In this document: positions 1 to 8,844 of the stretch, one piece after another
Position numbering within the stretch: the stretch's first letter is position 1
Layout: every line of letters starts with the position of its first letter
NCBI GenBank assembly: GCA_044226625.1
Contig: JBGAGQ010000053.1
Span: forward strand, 1-47,680
From: Thermoanaerobaculia bacterium
Lineage (GTDB): Bacteria > Acidobacteriota > Thermoanaerobaculia > Multivoradales > UBA5704
Length of the DNA: 47,680 nucleotides
Direction: 5' to 3'
Translations under genes and position numbers: made by a program
The notes under the pieces: model-generated
The model's database searches: none
The model's input: only the letters and a program-made list of their open reading frames with translations
What the model was told of the DNA's origin: nothing

Positions 1-380
1 CCGGAGACCAGCTCCGCCATCTTGTCCGGATCGAGCTTGCCCGCGCCGAGGTAGTCGAGGAAGAAGAGCGGCCTCGCGCCCTGGACCAGGACATCGTTGA
101 CGCAATGGTTCACTAGATCGCGGCCGACGGTCGAAAAGTCGTCCATTTCCCGCGCGACGGCGAGCTTGGTCCCCACACCGTCCGCCGAAGCCACGAGCAC
201 CGGCTCGGCCATCCCCGAGAGATCGGGACGAAACATTCCGCCGAAACTGCCGATCTCGGTGAGAACCCCGGGCGTGAACGTCGATTTCGCGAGCTTCTTG
301 ACGCGGGCGAGACCTCGCTCTTGGGCGTCGATGTCGACGCCGGAGGCGGCGTATGCGCTGGAAGTTGGGCTGTCTGGCAC
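1..380 (-). CDS. purM: Phosphoribosylformylglycinamidine cyclo-ligase (AIR synthetase), 5' part; runs off the window
   Basis: Manual translation from GTG at 380: MPDSPTSSAYAASGVDID...GSFGGMF...VLVASADGVGTKL...GRDLVNHCVNDVLVQGARPLFFLDY. These are PurM signature motifs. Not in the supplied ORF track. Confidence 0.95.
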   Translation of the reverse strand, partial: MPDSPTSSAYAASGVDIDAQERGLARVKKLAKSTFTPGVLTEIGSFGGMFRPDLSGMAEPVLVASADGVGTKLAVAREMDDFSTVGRDLVNHCVNDVLVQGARPLFFLDYLGAGKLDPDKMAELVS

Positions 381-495
381 GGCCCGCGACTATAGCAGCG
401 GGCCGGGCCAGGCCAGATCAGGGTCGGAACGAATTAGGCCAGATCGGAGCCCGGAGGCCGAGGCGTATCTCGCTCCGAGCCCGTTCGACGTTTCC

Positions 496-1152
496 CTACG
501 GATTGACCGCGAACGTGTGGATCGCGAACGTCCCCGCACCGGCCACGGTGGGGAGGAAATGGTAGAAACCCTGGTTGTTCACGCTCGGCGCCGTGTACCA
601 GTAAGTCCAGATTCCGTTCGCCCGATAAAGGGTGGAGAAGGTGCGATTGAAGGTCCGCCCCGGGCCGGTCAGCTTGAAGGTCGTGTTGCGCGTCACGTCT
701 GAGCCCAGGTTCACGACCAGCACCCAATAGTTGTAGCTCGCCCGGTCGTTCGACAGCGCCGCGTGGATCATCGCGGTCGGGGTGGTCGGCGGCGTAAGAG
801 ATTGTCCGGCGGCCAGGAAGTAGTACGCCGGCCCGGCCTGGCCCTCGACCCCTTCGCTCCCATCGCCCCCGTTGCGACGGCCGAGCAGCGCGCCGAGCTT
901 CTCCCTTTGCCTCTCGTCGAGCGGCACGTAGAGCGAGTGGAGCCCGCCGCCGAGGTCGGTGTACTGGGGAACCGCGAGGTTCGTCCCCAGGAGATCCCCG
1001 ATCAGGTTCTCGACCTGGGCCGCCCGGTCCTCGACGGAGGCCGCCGAGAGATCGGCGGCGCGAGCCTCGGGAGCGAAGGCCGAAAACGCGACGAGACTGA
1101 GGAAACCGAAGACGCAGAGACGGACGGTTGCAGAAAAACTACGGCTGCGCAT
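496..1152 (-). CDS. Secreted hypothetical protein, about 218 aa, beta-rich C-terminal half
   Basis: ATG at 1152 gives MRSRSFSATVRLCVFGFLSLVAFSAFAPEARA-A, a Sec signal with an AxA site. The longer 346 aa ORF extension looks non-coding. Confidence 0.7.
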   Translation of the reverse strand: MRSRSFSATVRLCVFGFLSLVAFSAFAPEARAADLSAASVEDRAAQVENLIGDLLGTNLAVPQYTDLGGGLHSLYVPLDERQREKLGALLGRRNGGDGSEGVEGQAGPAYYFLAAGQSLTPPTTPTAMIHAALSNDRASYNYWVLVVNLGSDVTRNTTFKLTGPGRTFNRTFSTLYRANGIWTYWYTAPSVNNQGFYHFLPTVAGAGTFAIHTFAVNP

Positions 1153-1562
1153 ACTGCACTTCCTCCGGACGGACACCGCCCAAAATCCGCCCACGCATCC
1201 GTCGCGCGGGCGGTGGCCCTTTCTTAGAGACGCGCGAAACGCCCGAGGCAAGGTCCAGCCTCCAGCCTTTCGCGAGGACCGTCGCGAAGCCCCCCCGGAG
1301 CCAGCGGGCCTAGGATCAATGCCCGAATCTCCGATCAGGCAATCGTCGAGGGGAATTTCACCCAGGAGCAGACCCAGGAGCTCGCCATCATCTTGCGCTC
1401 CGGTCCGATACCTGGCCAGCTGACTCTGATCGACGAGAAAGTCGAAAAAACGCCTTAGAACACCGCCGCCCCACCCGCCCGCGCGGGCCAGCGGCCAGGG
1501 GGTGCGTGTTATCCTGCGCCGCGAGTTACAAGCCACTGCCGGGAAAGGGGTTCGGTGTCGTC

Positions 1563-1862
1563 ATGTCGAGCGAGCTTCTGTTCGGTCTCTACATCTTCGT
1601 CCTCGCGGGTTTCCTCGGGCACCACGTCATTTCGAAGGTGCCGCCCCTCCTCCATACGCCGCTGATGGCGGGCACGAACGCGATCGCCGGCATCTCACTC
1701 GTCGGATCCCTGGTCGCCGCGGGAGCGGAGTACAGCCGCCTTTCGACGATCCTCGGCTTCGTCGCGGTCACCTGCGCGACGATCAACGCGGTCGGCGGCT
1801 TCCTGATCACCGACCGGATGCTCCGGATGTTCAAGACCAAGCGGGGTGGCGAGAAGTCATGA
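1563..1862 (+). CDS. pntA: NAD(P) transhydrogenase alpha subunit, membrane part only (PntAb / alpha2)
   Basis: LYIFVLAGFLGHHVISKVPPLLHTPLMAGTNAIAG...INAVGGFLITDRMLRMF is the signature. Its stop overlaps the pntB start (ATGA at 1859-1862). Confidence 0.93.
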   Translation: MSSELLFGLYIFVLAGFLGHHVISKVPPLLHTPLMAGTNAIAGISLVGSLVAAGAEYSRLSTILGFVAVTCATINAVGGFLITDRMLRMFKTKRGGEKS

Positions 1863-3238
1863 GGGGCTCGATCCTTCCCATCTCCTACCTGATCGCCTCG
1901 GTCTGCTTCATCCTCGCGCTCCAAGCGCTCTCCTCGCCCAAGCACGCGCGGCGCGGCAACCTGCTCGGGGCGGTCGGCATGCTGGTCGCGGTGATCGGCA
2001 CGCTCCTCCACCACGACATCATTACGTTCAAGTGGATCGCGCTCGGCCTGATCCTCGGCTCGCTGATCGGCGGCTCGATGGCGATCTGGATTCCGATGAC
2101 CAAGATGCCGGAGCGGATCGCGCTCTCGCACGCCTTCGGCGGCCTCGCCGCCGCGCTGGTCGGCGTCTCGGAATACAGCCACCGCGGGGCGGAGCTCGGA
2201 ACGGTCACGATCGTCGCCCTCGGCCTCGAGGTCTTCCTGGGCTTCCTCACCTTCACCGGAAGCCTGATGGCGTTCGGCAAGCTCCAGGGGGTGATCACCG
2301 GAGCGCCGGTCACCTACAAAGGACAGAACGCGACCAACATCCTGCTGTTCTTCAGCGCGCTGGTGCTCCTGGTCGCCTTCGCCTACAACCCGACGGCGGC
2401 CGCTCTTTTCTACGCGATGGGAGCGATCGGCCTCGCGGTCGGCATCCTTGCGGTCCTGCCGATCGGCGGCGCGGACATGCCGGTCGTCATCTCACTCCTC
2501 AACTCCTACGCCGGCCTCGCCTCGGCGGCGACCGGCTTCGCGCTTGGCAACTACGTGCTGATCATCGCCGGCGCGCTCGACGGCACCTCAGGCTTCCTGC
2601 TCTCGATGAAGATGAGCAAGGCGATGAACCGCTCGTTCGCCAACGTCCTGTTCGGCGCCTTCGGCACGGGCGACGCGGCCCCGACGACCGCCGGAGCCCC
2701 CGGCGGCTCGCGCTACAACCTGGCGACGGTCGAGGACGCGGTCGGTGTGCTCGACGCCGCGCAGACGCTGATCGTCGTGCCCGGCTACGGCATGGCGGTC
2801 TCCCAGGCGCAGCACGCGCTCCGCGACCTCACCAGCGCTCTCGAAACCAAGGGAACCAAGGTCCAGTACGCCGTCCACCCTGTCGCCGGCCGCATGCCGG
2901 GACACATGAACGTCCTGCTCGCCGAGGCGAATATCCCCTACGACCAGATTTTCGACCTCGACGAGATCAATGACGAGTTCTCGCGAACCGACGCGGTCCT
3001 CGTGGTCGGGGCGAACGACGTCGTCAACCCGGCCGCGAAGACCAATCCGGGCAGCGCGATCTACGGCATGCCGGTCTTCAACGTCGATCAGGCACGCGCA
3101 ATCATCGTTCTGAAGCGCAGCATGAACCCGGGCTTCTCCGGGCTGGAAAACGACCTCTTCGGCCTCCCCAACACGATGATGGTCCTGGGCGACGCCAAGG
3201 CGACGATCAAGGAGCTCACGGCGGGGGTGAAGGGGTAG
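1859..3238 (+). CDS. pntB: NAD(P) transhydrogenase beta subunit
   Basis: Motifs PIGGADMPVVISLLNSY, AMNRS, VPGYGMAV, HPVAGRMPGHMNVLLAEA and GANDVVNP. Confidence 0.97.
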   Translation: MRGSILPISYLIASVCFILALQALSSPKHARRGNLLGAVGMLVAVIGTLLHHDIITFKWIALGLILGSLIGGSMAIWIPMTKMPERIALSHAFGGLAAALVGVSEYSHRGAELGTVTIVALGLEVFLGFLTFTGSLMAFGKLQGVITGAPVTYKGQNATNILLFFSALVLLVAFAYNPTAAALFYAMGAIGLAVGILAVLPIGGADMPVVISLLNSYAGLASAATGFALGNYVLIIAGALDGTSGFLLSMKMSKAMNRSFANVLFGAFGTGDAAPTTAGAPGGSRYNLATVEDAVGVLDAAQTLIVVPGYGMAVSQAQHALRDLTSALETKGTKVQYAVHPVAGRMPGHMNVLLAEANIPYDQIFDLDEINDEFSRTDAVLVVGANDVVNPAAKTNPGSAIYGMPVFNVDQARAIIVLKRSMNPGFSGLENDLFGLPNTMMVLGDAKATIKELTAGVKG

Positions 3239-3313
3239 CGGGAGCAGCGGGTTCCCCTACCGGATAGACCACGAACTTTGACTACAAGATCGGCCAGGCA
3301 GCTATGGACATCC

Positions 3314-3604
3314 TCAGTGGCACTGAGCAAACCATCTCTGAGCTCTGGGCTTATTGGACTCTGCGGCCGAGGAGCTAAGCCGAGCCTCCCGTATCTCCGG
3401 CGGTTCGAGATCAGGGAATGCACGATAAATCGGAATTAGCACTTCAGTTAGGAACTCGCCAAGCACAGCACCAACCAGTCTTCGGTACCTGGCTGCCTGG
3501 TGATCCTCCGCTTCCAGTAGCATCTTCTTCGCTGATTCGTCGAGGACGGCGGAGCAACCTAGAACGGTTTCCTTGACGATCTTCGCCGCCTCGTTCGTGG
3601 TCAT
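3314..3604 (-). CDS. Small helical hypothetical protein, candidate orphan immunity protein
   Basis: 96 aa with YRRLVGAVLGE...PIYRAFPDLEP. Last gene of the co-oriented, lower-GC tail downstream of the Rhs genes. Confidence 0.6.
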   Translation of the reverse strand: MTTNEAAKIVKETVLGCSAVLDESAKKMLLEAEDHQAARYRRLVGAVLGEFLTEVLIPIYRAFPDLEPPEIREARLSSSAAESNKPRAQRWFAQCH

Positions 3605-3684
3605 ACTCGCCGCCTGCCCCCAGAAGTTCCCGCATCCTACCGTTTCGCGGCTCCGTTACGGACCGCATGGAAGGCCTTGGACGA

Positions 3685-4236
3685 TCATGTTGCCAGAGGT
3701 CGAGCCAACCAGCGACTGGCCATCGCCAGCAGCGCACCCAGTGCGATACCCGAAAAGAGCGTCGCCGGATCGTTCCACCAGGCGAGCTTGGGATAGGCGA
3801 TGGCGGCCAAAACCGCGGCGGCGAGCCACAATTCTACGGCGGATCGGCCTCGGGGCTTCGCACTCAGCAGCAAACGCCGGAAGATGAAGTAGGAAACAAG
3901 AAGGCTGTGACCACTCACGGGTAGGCGACCGGAGAGCCGTGCGCCTGAAAGGAGGACAATGAGGCCGATTTGAAACCCCAGCTCAAGAGCCGGCCGAGAA
4001 ATCCTCACCGAAACGTAGAGTTCGAGCAGGTCGGCTAGCAGCAGACCCAGAACGGGGAATGCCATCAGCGTGTACCAGGACGGCGCCATTTCGGGCAGAA
4101 GAGTCGTTCCTCGAATCAGGGGAATCGGTCACTGGAGCCTCAACCAGACGACACCTGCCAGGGTACAGACGCCAACGACTCCTACCCGAAGCCACACTCC
4201 CGGAACAGCGCTTTGCGATTGAGCCTTGTTCATCAT
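3685..4236 (-). pseudogene. Multi-TM membrane protein (candidate immunity), apparently split by an in-frame TGA at 4129-4131
   Basis: ORFs 4129..4422 and 3685..4089 share a frame and read MMNKAQ...GVVGVCTLAGVVWLRLQ*PIPLIRGTTLLPEMAPSWYTLMAFPVLGLLL..., hydrophobic on both sides of the stop. Confidence 0.5.
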
Positions 4237-4428
4237 CGAACTCATCCATTGCTGAGGTGACTCCCCTGCGATTGGCAGGTGATGGCTTTGACCCGGGGCG
4301 AGTCGATTTGCCTTCCCGAAGAATTGGCCCAATGCACGCGACCGAGATTCTATTGCCCGAAATTGAAGCTCAATGCGCGCTCCAAGCGGGGCGACCGGGA
4401 AGCCACTTTGAAGCCGGGTCACCGCCGG

Positions 4429-4671
4429 TCACTGCGTCCTCCACAGGCGGATCCAGGCCAGCCAGCTGGCTCGGGTCCACTTGGCAAGAAACCAAGTCAA
4501 GACCAGGAGAAGTGGCATGTATAGACTCTCCTTCCCGTCAGGCAAGTGGCCATAAGTGATCAATAGGCGAATTGCGTCGATGAACGCAACGGTGAGAAAG
4601 ACGCCTGTTAAGAGGGTGCCGATCGCTAGGACCAGAGTCGTCAGTATACGAAGAGCCAAAAGCACGCTCAT
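4429..4671 (-). CDS. Small two-TM membrane protein, candidate orphan immunity protein
   Basis: 80 aa with two hydrophobic helices, co-oriented in the Rhs tail. Confidence 0.55.
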   Translation of the reverse strand: MSVLLALRILTTLVLAIGTLLTGVFLTVAFIDAIRLLITYGHLPDGKESLYMPLLLVLTWFLAKWTRASWLAWIRLWRTQ

Positions 4672-4701
4672 GGCGAGTCGATTTTGCTTTTCGGGGCAGC
4701 G

Positions 4702-4733
4702 GCGCTCGAGAAGCTGGCGCCACCGAAGGGATC
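4702..4733 (-). repeat. 32-bp relic of the Rhs core (encodes DPFGGASFSSA; core is DPFGGDSFSSA)
   Basis: gcgctcgagaagctggcgccaccgaagggatc matches the Rhs-core segments at ~6508-6539 and ~9454-9485 with 2 mismatches. Confidence 0.8.
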
Positions 4734-4821
4734 ACACCAGTCCCTTTGCAAACCACGCCGCGAGGGCCAGGTTGTCGGCTGGATCGGCACCGTAGATGAT
4801 CGCGCTGGCAAAACTTAAGGA

Positions 4822-5205
4822 TCACTCACCAAGAGCAAAACCCCTATTCTTTTGGGTGGCGCGCCCCGTACTGTCAAAGACCAAGACACGAACGAAGTGG
4901 CGGGCATCGGAAGCTGCAGCGGCGGAGTAAGCCCAGCATACTTTATCGCGATGGCAGGGACGCCGACCCAGAGGCGGACCTAGTACTGCCAGCACCTCGG
5001 ACTGCGAAGTCCCCATGGCAAGCTTGCAAAATTCCTCTTCTCGGAACATGGGAGAGAATCGGGCCTGTGGTCCATCCAGAAGTGGTCCCAAGCCATCTTC
5101 CATCCTCTCTTTAAATGAACGTCCGGGCCGAGCCAAGGCGATCCCCGACACCAATCCAACCAAAAACGTCACTACAAGCGCGACGGCGAATCCCAAGCGC
5201 TTCAT
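4822..5205 (-). CDS. Exported protein with SmpA/OmlA(BamE)-like domain, candidate orphan immunity protein
   Basis: N-terminal signal/TM MKRLGFAVALVVTFLVGLVSGIALA. FCKLAMGTSQSEVLAVLGPP...WAYS...VLVFD is the SmpA/OmlA-type pattern. Confidence 0.65.
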   Translation of the reverse strand: MKRLGFAVALVVTFLVGLVSGIALARPGRSFKERMEDGLGPLLDGPQARFSPMFREEEFCKLAMGTSQSEVLAVLGPPLGRRPCHRDKVCWAYSAAAASDARHFVRVLVFDSTGRATQKNRGFALGE

Positions 5206-5253
5206 CGCGTTCACATGAAGGTCGAAGGCACGACGATTGGTGGAGGCCCGCTG

Positions 5254-5889
5254 CTACCCTTTGTCACCCTTGCCGGCGCTCGGCAAAGGCATCGATCCTC
5301 GATTCCGGATCCAGTCGATACGTGAGACCCGTCCATTTCTCACGTCCACGCTGATCGCCGGAACCCCACACTGGGTAAGAATGACGGCCTCGTAGTTGGA
5401 AATTCCGGGCGGGATTTGGCTAGCCAATTCTTGTCTAAATACTGCTTCAATCCTGTGATCCCGTGGGATCGCGCGTATTCTCCACTGTCGGTCTACCGGC
5501 AGAAAAGTGGAGCCGATGTCCTCTAGGGAGATTCGGATGGTTGCTGCTGGTCTTTCGTAGAGCCAGTAGCGCCCCGTGCTGCTGGTACCCGTTGCATTCT
5601 CGGGTCCAATCGCCGTCCTTGCCTCACCAATCGTCATGCCAGGCCAGAAGCCTTCAAGCACCCTCATGTCCACACACTGCCTCCAAGAGGCACCCGGCTG
5701 TGGTCGAAACACGAGGGTGTGAAGTTCGTAACCCTGATCTTCGAGAGTACCCGAGCAGCGTGCTGACACGGCGTTCGGGTTCGTCGGTTCACCAGGACAA
5801 TCGATTGGCTTGCATCCAGCGATGCCGAATGCTAACGACAATGCGGCGAGCGCCGATAATCTTCTAGCGCAACGATCGACCGGACTCAT
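5254..5889 (-). CDS. Lipoprotein, putative cognate immunity of the orphan Rhs-CT
   Basis: Lipobox LAFGIAG-C and a GMTIGEARTAIGP...WLY SmpA-like pattern. The ATG overlaps the orphan-CT stop (ATGA at 5886-5889). Confidence 0.72.
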   Translation of the reverse strand: MSPVDRCARRLSALAALSLAFGIAGCKPIDCPGEPTNPNAVSARCSGTLEDQGYELHTLVFRPQPGASWRQCVDMRVLEGFWPGMTIGEARTAIGPENATGTSSTGRYWLYERPAATIRISLEDIGSTFLPVDRQWRIRAIPRDHRIEAVFRQELASQIPPGISNYEAVILTQCGVPAISVDVRNGRVSRIDWIRNRGSMPLPSAGKGDKG

Positions 5890-7590
5890 TCGAACGGTCC
5901 TCCTGCTGTGTCCGGCAAAGAACGAAGTCGGCCACATCGTTCATCGCAAGAAGTCTTCTCAGGACAAGTTAAGCCATGTCGGTCATCTTCGAAGTCACTG
6001 GCCTGAAATGCGCTATGGCAGTGTTTGGATCGCACTGGCGTAACCAGGCTATCGAAGGGTTCCCCCAACAATCCCTTGCAAACGGCCAAATCAAAGAACT
6101 CCTTGTTCGCACCCATCTGGATCGCGAGGTTCTGACCTCCGCATTTTGCGAGCAGACAGCTCGCGTAACAGTGAGCGAACCTCGGCCCACTCTGGAGGGC
6201 GATCCAGGACCATGCCGTCGCAATTCCGGTCGTTACTAGGCAAGGCACCTCCGAGGGGAGCCAGGCGGAATTGACCAGCCTAGGGAATCGACCATCAGAG
6301 TCAATGTACATCTCTGGGTTTGAGAGAGCATAGGCAAAGAGGTGGCCGACCGAAGTGGGCGGTTGCGGATCCGGCGCCGTGTACCGCCCTGTCGCCGAGT
6401 CGTACCAGCGGTGAAGGTTGTAGCTGAAGTCGGCGAACTTCGAAAAGCCGTACCACTGGTTGTCTTGCCATTGGCCAGGGAAACGGTGGTAGCTCTTGAG
6501 CTTCTGCGCGCTCGAGAAGCTGTCGCCGCCGAAGGGATCGAATCCTCCGGTCCAGGTCACTGCTCCGGCCGCGTCCGTTGCCACGACCGGGGTGTTCAGG
6601 TGGTCGGTCGTGTAAAAGCGCAATAGCGTCTGCGGTGTGCCGTTGTTGACCACCTTCTCAAGGCTCGCCAGGGGCCGGCCGCCGAAGTCGAAGAACCAGG
6701 TGTCGCTGGAAAGGACTCCCCCACCGCGAAGATCGTGACGATGGAAGAGCTGACCTTCGCTGCCGTACGTGGCGGTAACCGCATCGGCTCCGCCATTGTT
6801 GCTCAGCTGGGCGAGGAAACCCCGGCCGTCGTAGGAGTTGAGGCCTTGGGTGCCTAGCTGGCGTAGGTTCCTCGCGTCATCCCAGGTCAGCTGGAGCGTG
6901 TTGGCGCTCGTGAGGTTGCCGATGGCATCGTAACCGTAGGCAATCGCGCCCCGGGTGGCGAGCTTCGGGGTGTTCTGCGGCGGCGCTCCCTGTTGAACGT
7001 AGGTGTAATTCTGGAGCGCCCCGTTCTTGGTCTCGGAAAGCCGGTTGCCGATCTTGTCGTAGCTCCAGCTCCAGTTCCCCCAAGGACCGACCCCGCCCGT
7101 GAGGAAGTACAGAGAATCCAGGTAGGTGTAGCTGCGACTGGTGGCAGGGGTGAGGAGATCCGAAATCGCCGTCGGGTTGCCGAGCTTGTCGGTCGCATAG
7201 CTCCACGACAAGCGCCCCGGAAGCTGGATCGTCTGCGGGAAGTAGCGTGTCGTGTAGGTCCTCTGCTCGGCCAGACCATTCCCGAGGGAAAGACTCGCGA
7301 GCGGACCGAACGGCTCGTAGACGGCGTCGAAGGCGAGCAGCTGCGGCGGGTTCGCACCGTCGAGAAGTGTCGAAGAACGGGGACGGTCGGCAAAATCGAA
7401 CGTCTGCTGGACCTGGACCCCCAGCGGGTAGGTCAAGGTCGTTCGGTTGCCGTTGGCATCGAGCTGGTAGCTCATCGCGCCGTCCTGCGTGATCCGACCG
7501 AACCGATCGTAGGCGTAGTTTATGACCGAGTTGGGGCGCGCGACCGATATCAATCGCCCGACGTTGAAGCTCGTGGGCGAGGTGCCGTAG
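5886..7590 (-). pseudogene. Orphan Rhs module: 3' Rhs core plus a distinct C-terminal toxin domain, with no proper start
   Basis: YD repeats, TDHLNTP, RFPGQW, YNLHRWYDSATGRY and NPEMYIDSDG. Homology to the full Rhs stops abruptly at 7590, and the ORF upstream of that overlaps the TPR gene. Confidence 0.88.
6365..7590. repeat. Direct repeat copy A (1226 bp) of the Rhs core; partner is 9311..10536
   Basis: Near-identical nucleotide sequence, with about 11 amino-acid differences over about 408 codons by eye. Confidence 0.95.
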
Positions 7591-7605
7591 AACCAGTGAA
7601 CACTT

Positions 7606-8232
7606 CTATGAAGTGAATCGCTTCTCGATTTCCTGGATCTCCCTCGCGAGAACTTCGTCCCCTTCGGCTTGGGCTCTGGACCGAACCCCGCGAAGGTAGA
7701 AGAAGCAAGAGTCAGCCAATTCCCCAGCATTCAAAAGGCTCTCCGCAAGGCGGAGATCTCGGGCTGAGGCCGGCAAAGAGCTTACACGAGCCAGGTCTGC
7801 CGAGGCGGCGAACGCTTCCGAGGCTTCCTTCGAATTCCCAAGAGCAAGTTCCGCCAACCCCAGCAAGGAGAAGCCAGCATGCTCGTAGCATTGCATGCCG
7901 TTGCTGAGTGCCAAGACTTCCTTCGCCTTCTCACGGGCGCTCTCGAGGTGACCGAGGAGCAGAAAGTGATTGGCTATCGCAGCCTTTATTGAGGCGGACG
8001 AGGACTCACATCTCTCCGCGTGCGCATATTCCACAAGTGCCTCAACATTTCTGTTTCGAGAGGCGAGAAAGGACCCCAGAATTGACGAAAAGAACGCCTG
8101 GGACTCGAGATCTCCTTCTCTGGACGCCTCAGCTCGCGCGGATCGCAATTCTGTAAGGGATTCGTCAAAGCGCCCGTTCCCGAGGAGCGTGTTCGCCCGG
8201 CCAAGCCATTCGTTGACTTCTTGCGTCTTCAT
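7606..8232 (-). CDS. TPR-like helical protein, candidate second or orphan immunity protein
   Basis: 208 aa with TPR-type patterns (SILGSFLASRNRNVEALVEY; SLLGLAELALGNSKEASEAF). No signal peptide. Confidence 0.75.
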   Translation of the reverse strand: MKTQEVNEWLGRANTLLGNGRFDESLTELRSARAEASREGDLESQAFFSSILGSFLASRNRNVEALVEYAHAERCESSSASIKAAIANHFLLLGHLESAREKAKEVLALSNGMQCYEHAGFSLLGLAELALGNSKEASEAFAASADLARVSSLPASARDLRLAESLLNAGELADSCFFYLRGVRSRAQAEGDEVLAREIQEIEKRFTS

Positions 8233-8262
8233 GGCATCGAAGTCAGTCCAGCTGACACCAAG

Positions 8263-8844
8263 TCAAGCTTCGACGGGCGGAAGCGGCTTGCCTTGCGCTT
8301 CCTTGACCCGCTGCGCCGAGGCCCAAAGGTCTGAGAGGTCCGGATCTCCAGGGAGGCGAAGAAGGCGCCAACCTTGGCTCACCACTCTTTCCGCAAGCAG
8401 GCGCTCCTCCAAACTGAGCTCAAGAGAATTTCGTAGGCGTTGGAGGCGTTCCAAGGCAGCAACCCCGCACGTTGAAGCGTCCTCCGCCGCCGACTTCATC
8501 GCCTCGAGAAACCATCTCTCGGCTTCTCGCATGTCTTTCAATTGCTCACTCACCCCGCCGAGCGCGAGATCCAGCGTGAAGCGCTCAAAGTCGACCTCTT
8601 CGGAAAGAGATCGAGCCACGAGGTAGTCTTCCCTCGCGGCTTGTAGTTCGTCTTGCTCGCTCCGAAGGTCCCCTCGAAAGCCCAGCGCTTGGCGTACGAG
8701 ATCGATCGGTGGCGACTCTGCGAGGAAGGAGTTAACCTCGCCGATCGCCGCATCCAAGCCGGATGTGCGAGACAGCTCGACGGCCTTGAGCTGCACCAGA
8801 GTCCAACGCGAAAACTCCGCGTCCGTTGAGTTCGTTCGGTTCAT
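8263..8844 (-). CDS. TPR-like protein, putative cognate immunity of the full-length Rhs toxin
   Basis: ATG overlaps the Rhs stop (ATGA at 8841-8844). Helical repeats ALGFRGDLRSEQDELQAAREDY and LALGGVSEQLKDMREAERWF. Confidence 0.75.
   Translation of the reverse strand: MNRTNSTDAEFSRWTLVQLKAVELSRTSGLDAAIGEVNSFLAESPPIDLVRQALGFRGDLRSEQDELQAAREDYLVARSLSEEVDFERFTLDLALGGVSEQLKDMREAERWFLEAMKSAAEDASTCGVAALERLQRLRNSLELSLEERLLAERVVSQGWRLLRLPGDPDLSDLWASAQRVKEAQGKPLPPVEA

Noticed and set aside
4129-4131. Selenocysteine or recoded TGA
   Set aside because: The context is a membrane segment with no redox motif, and other genes in the window use TGA as a normal stop.
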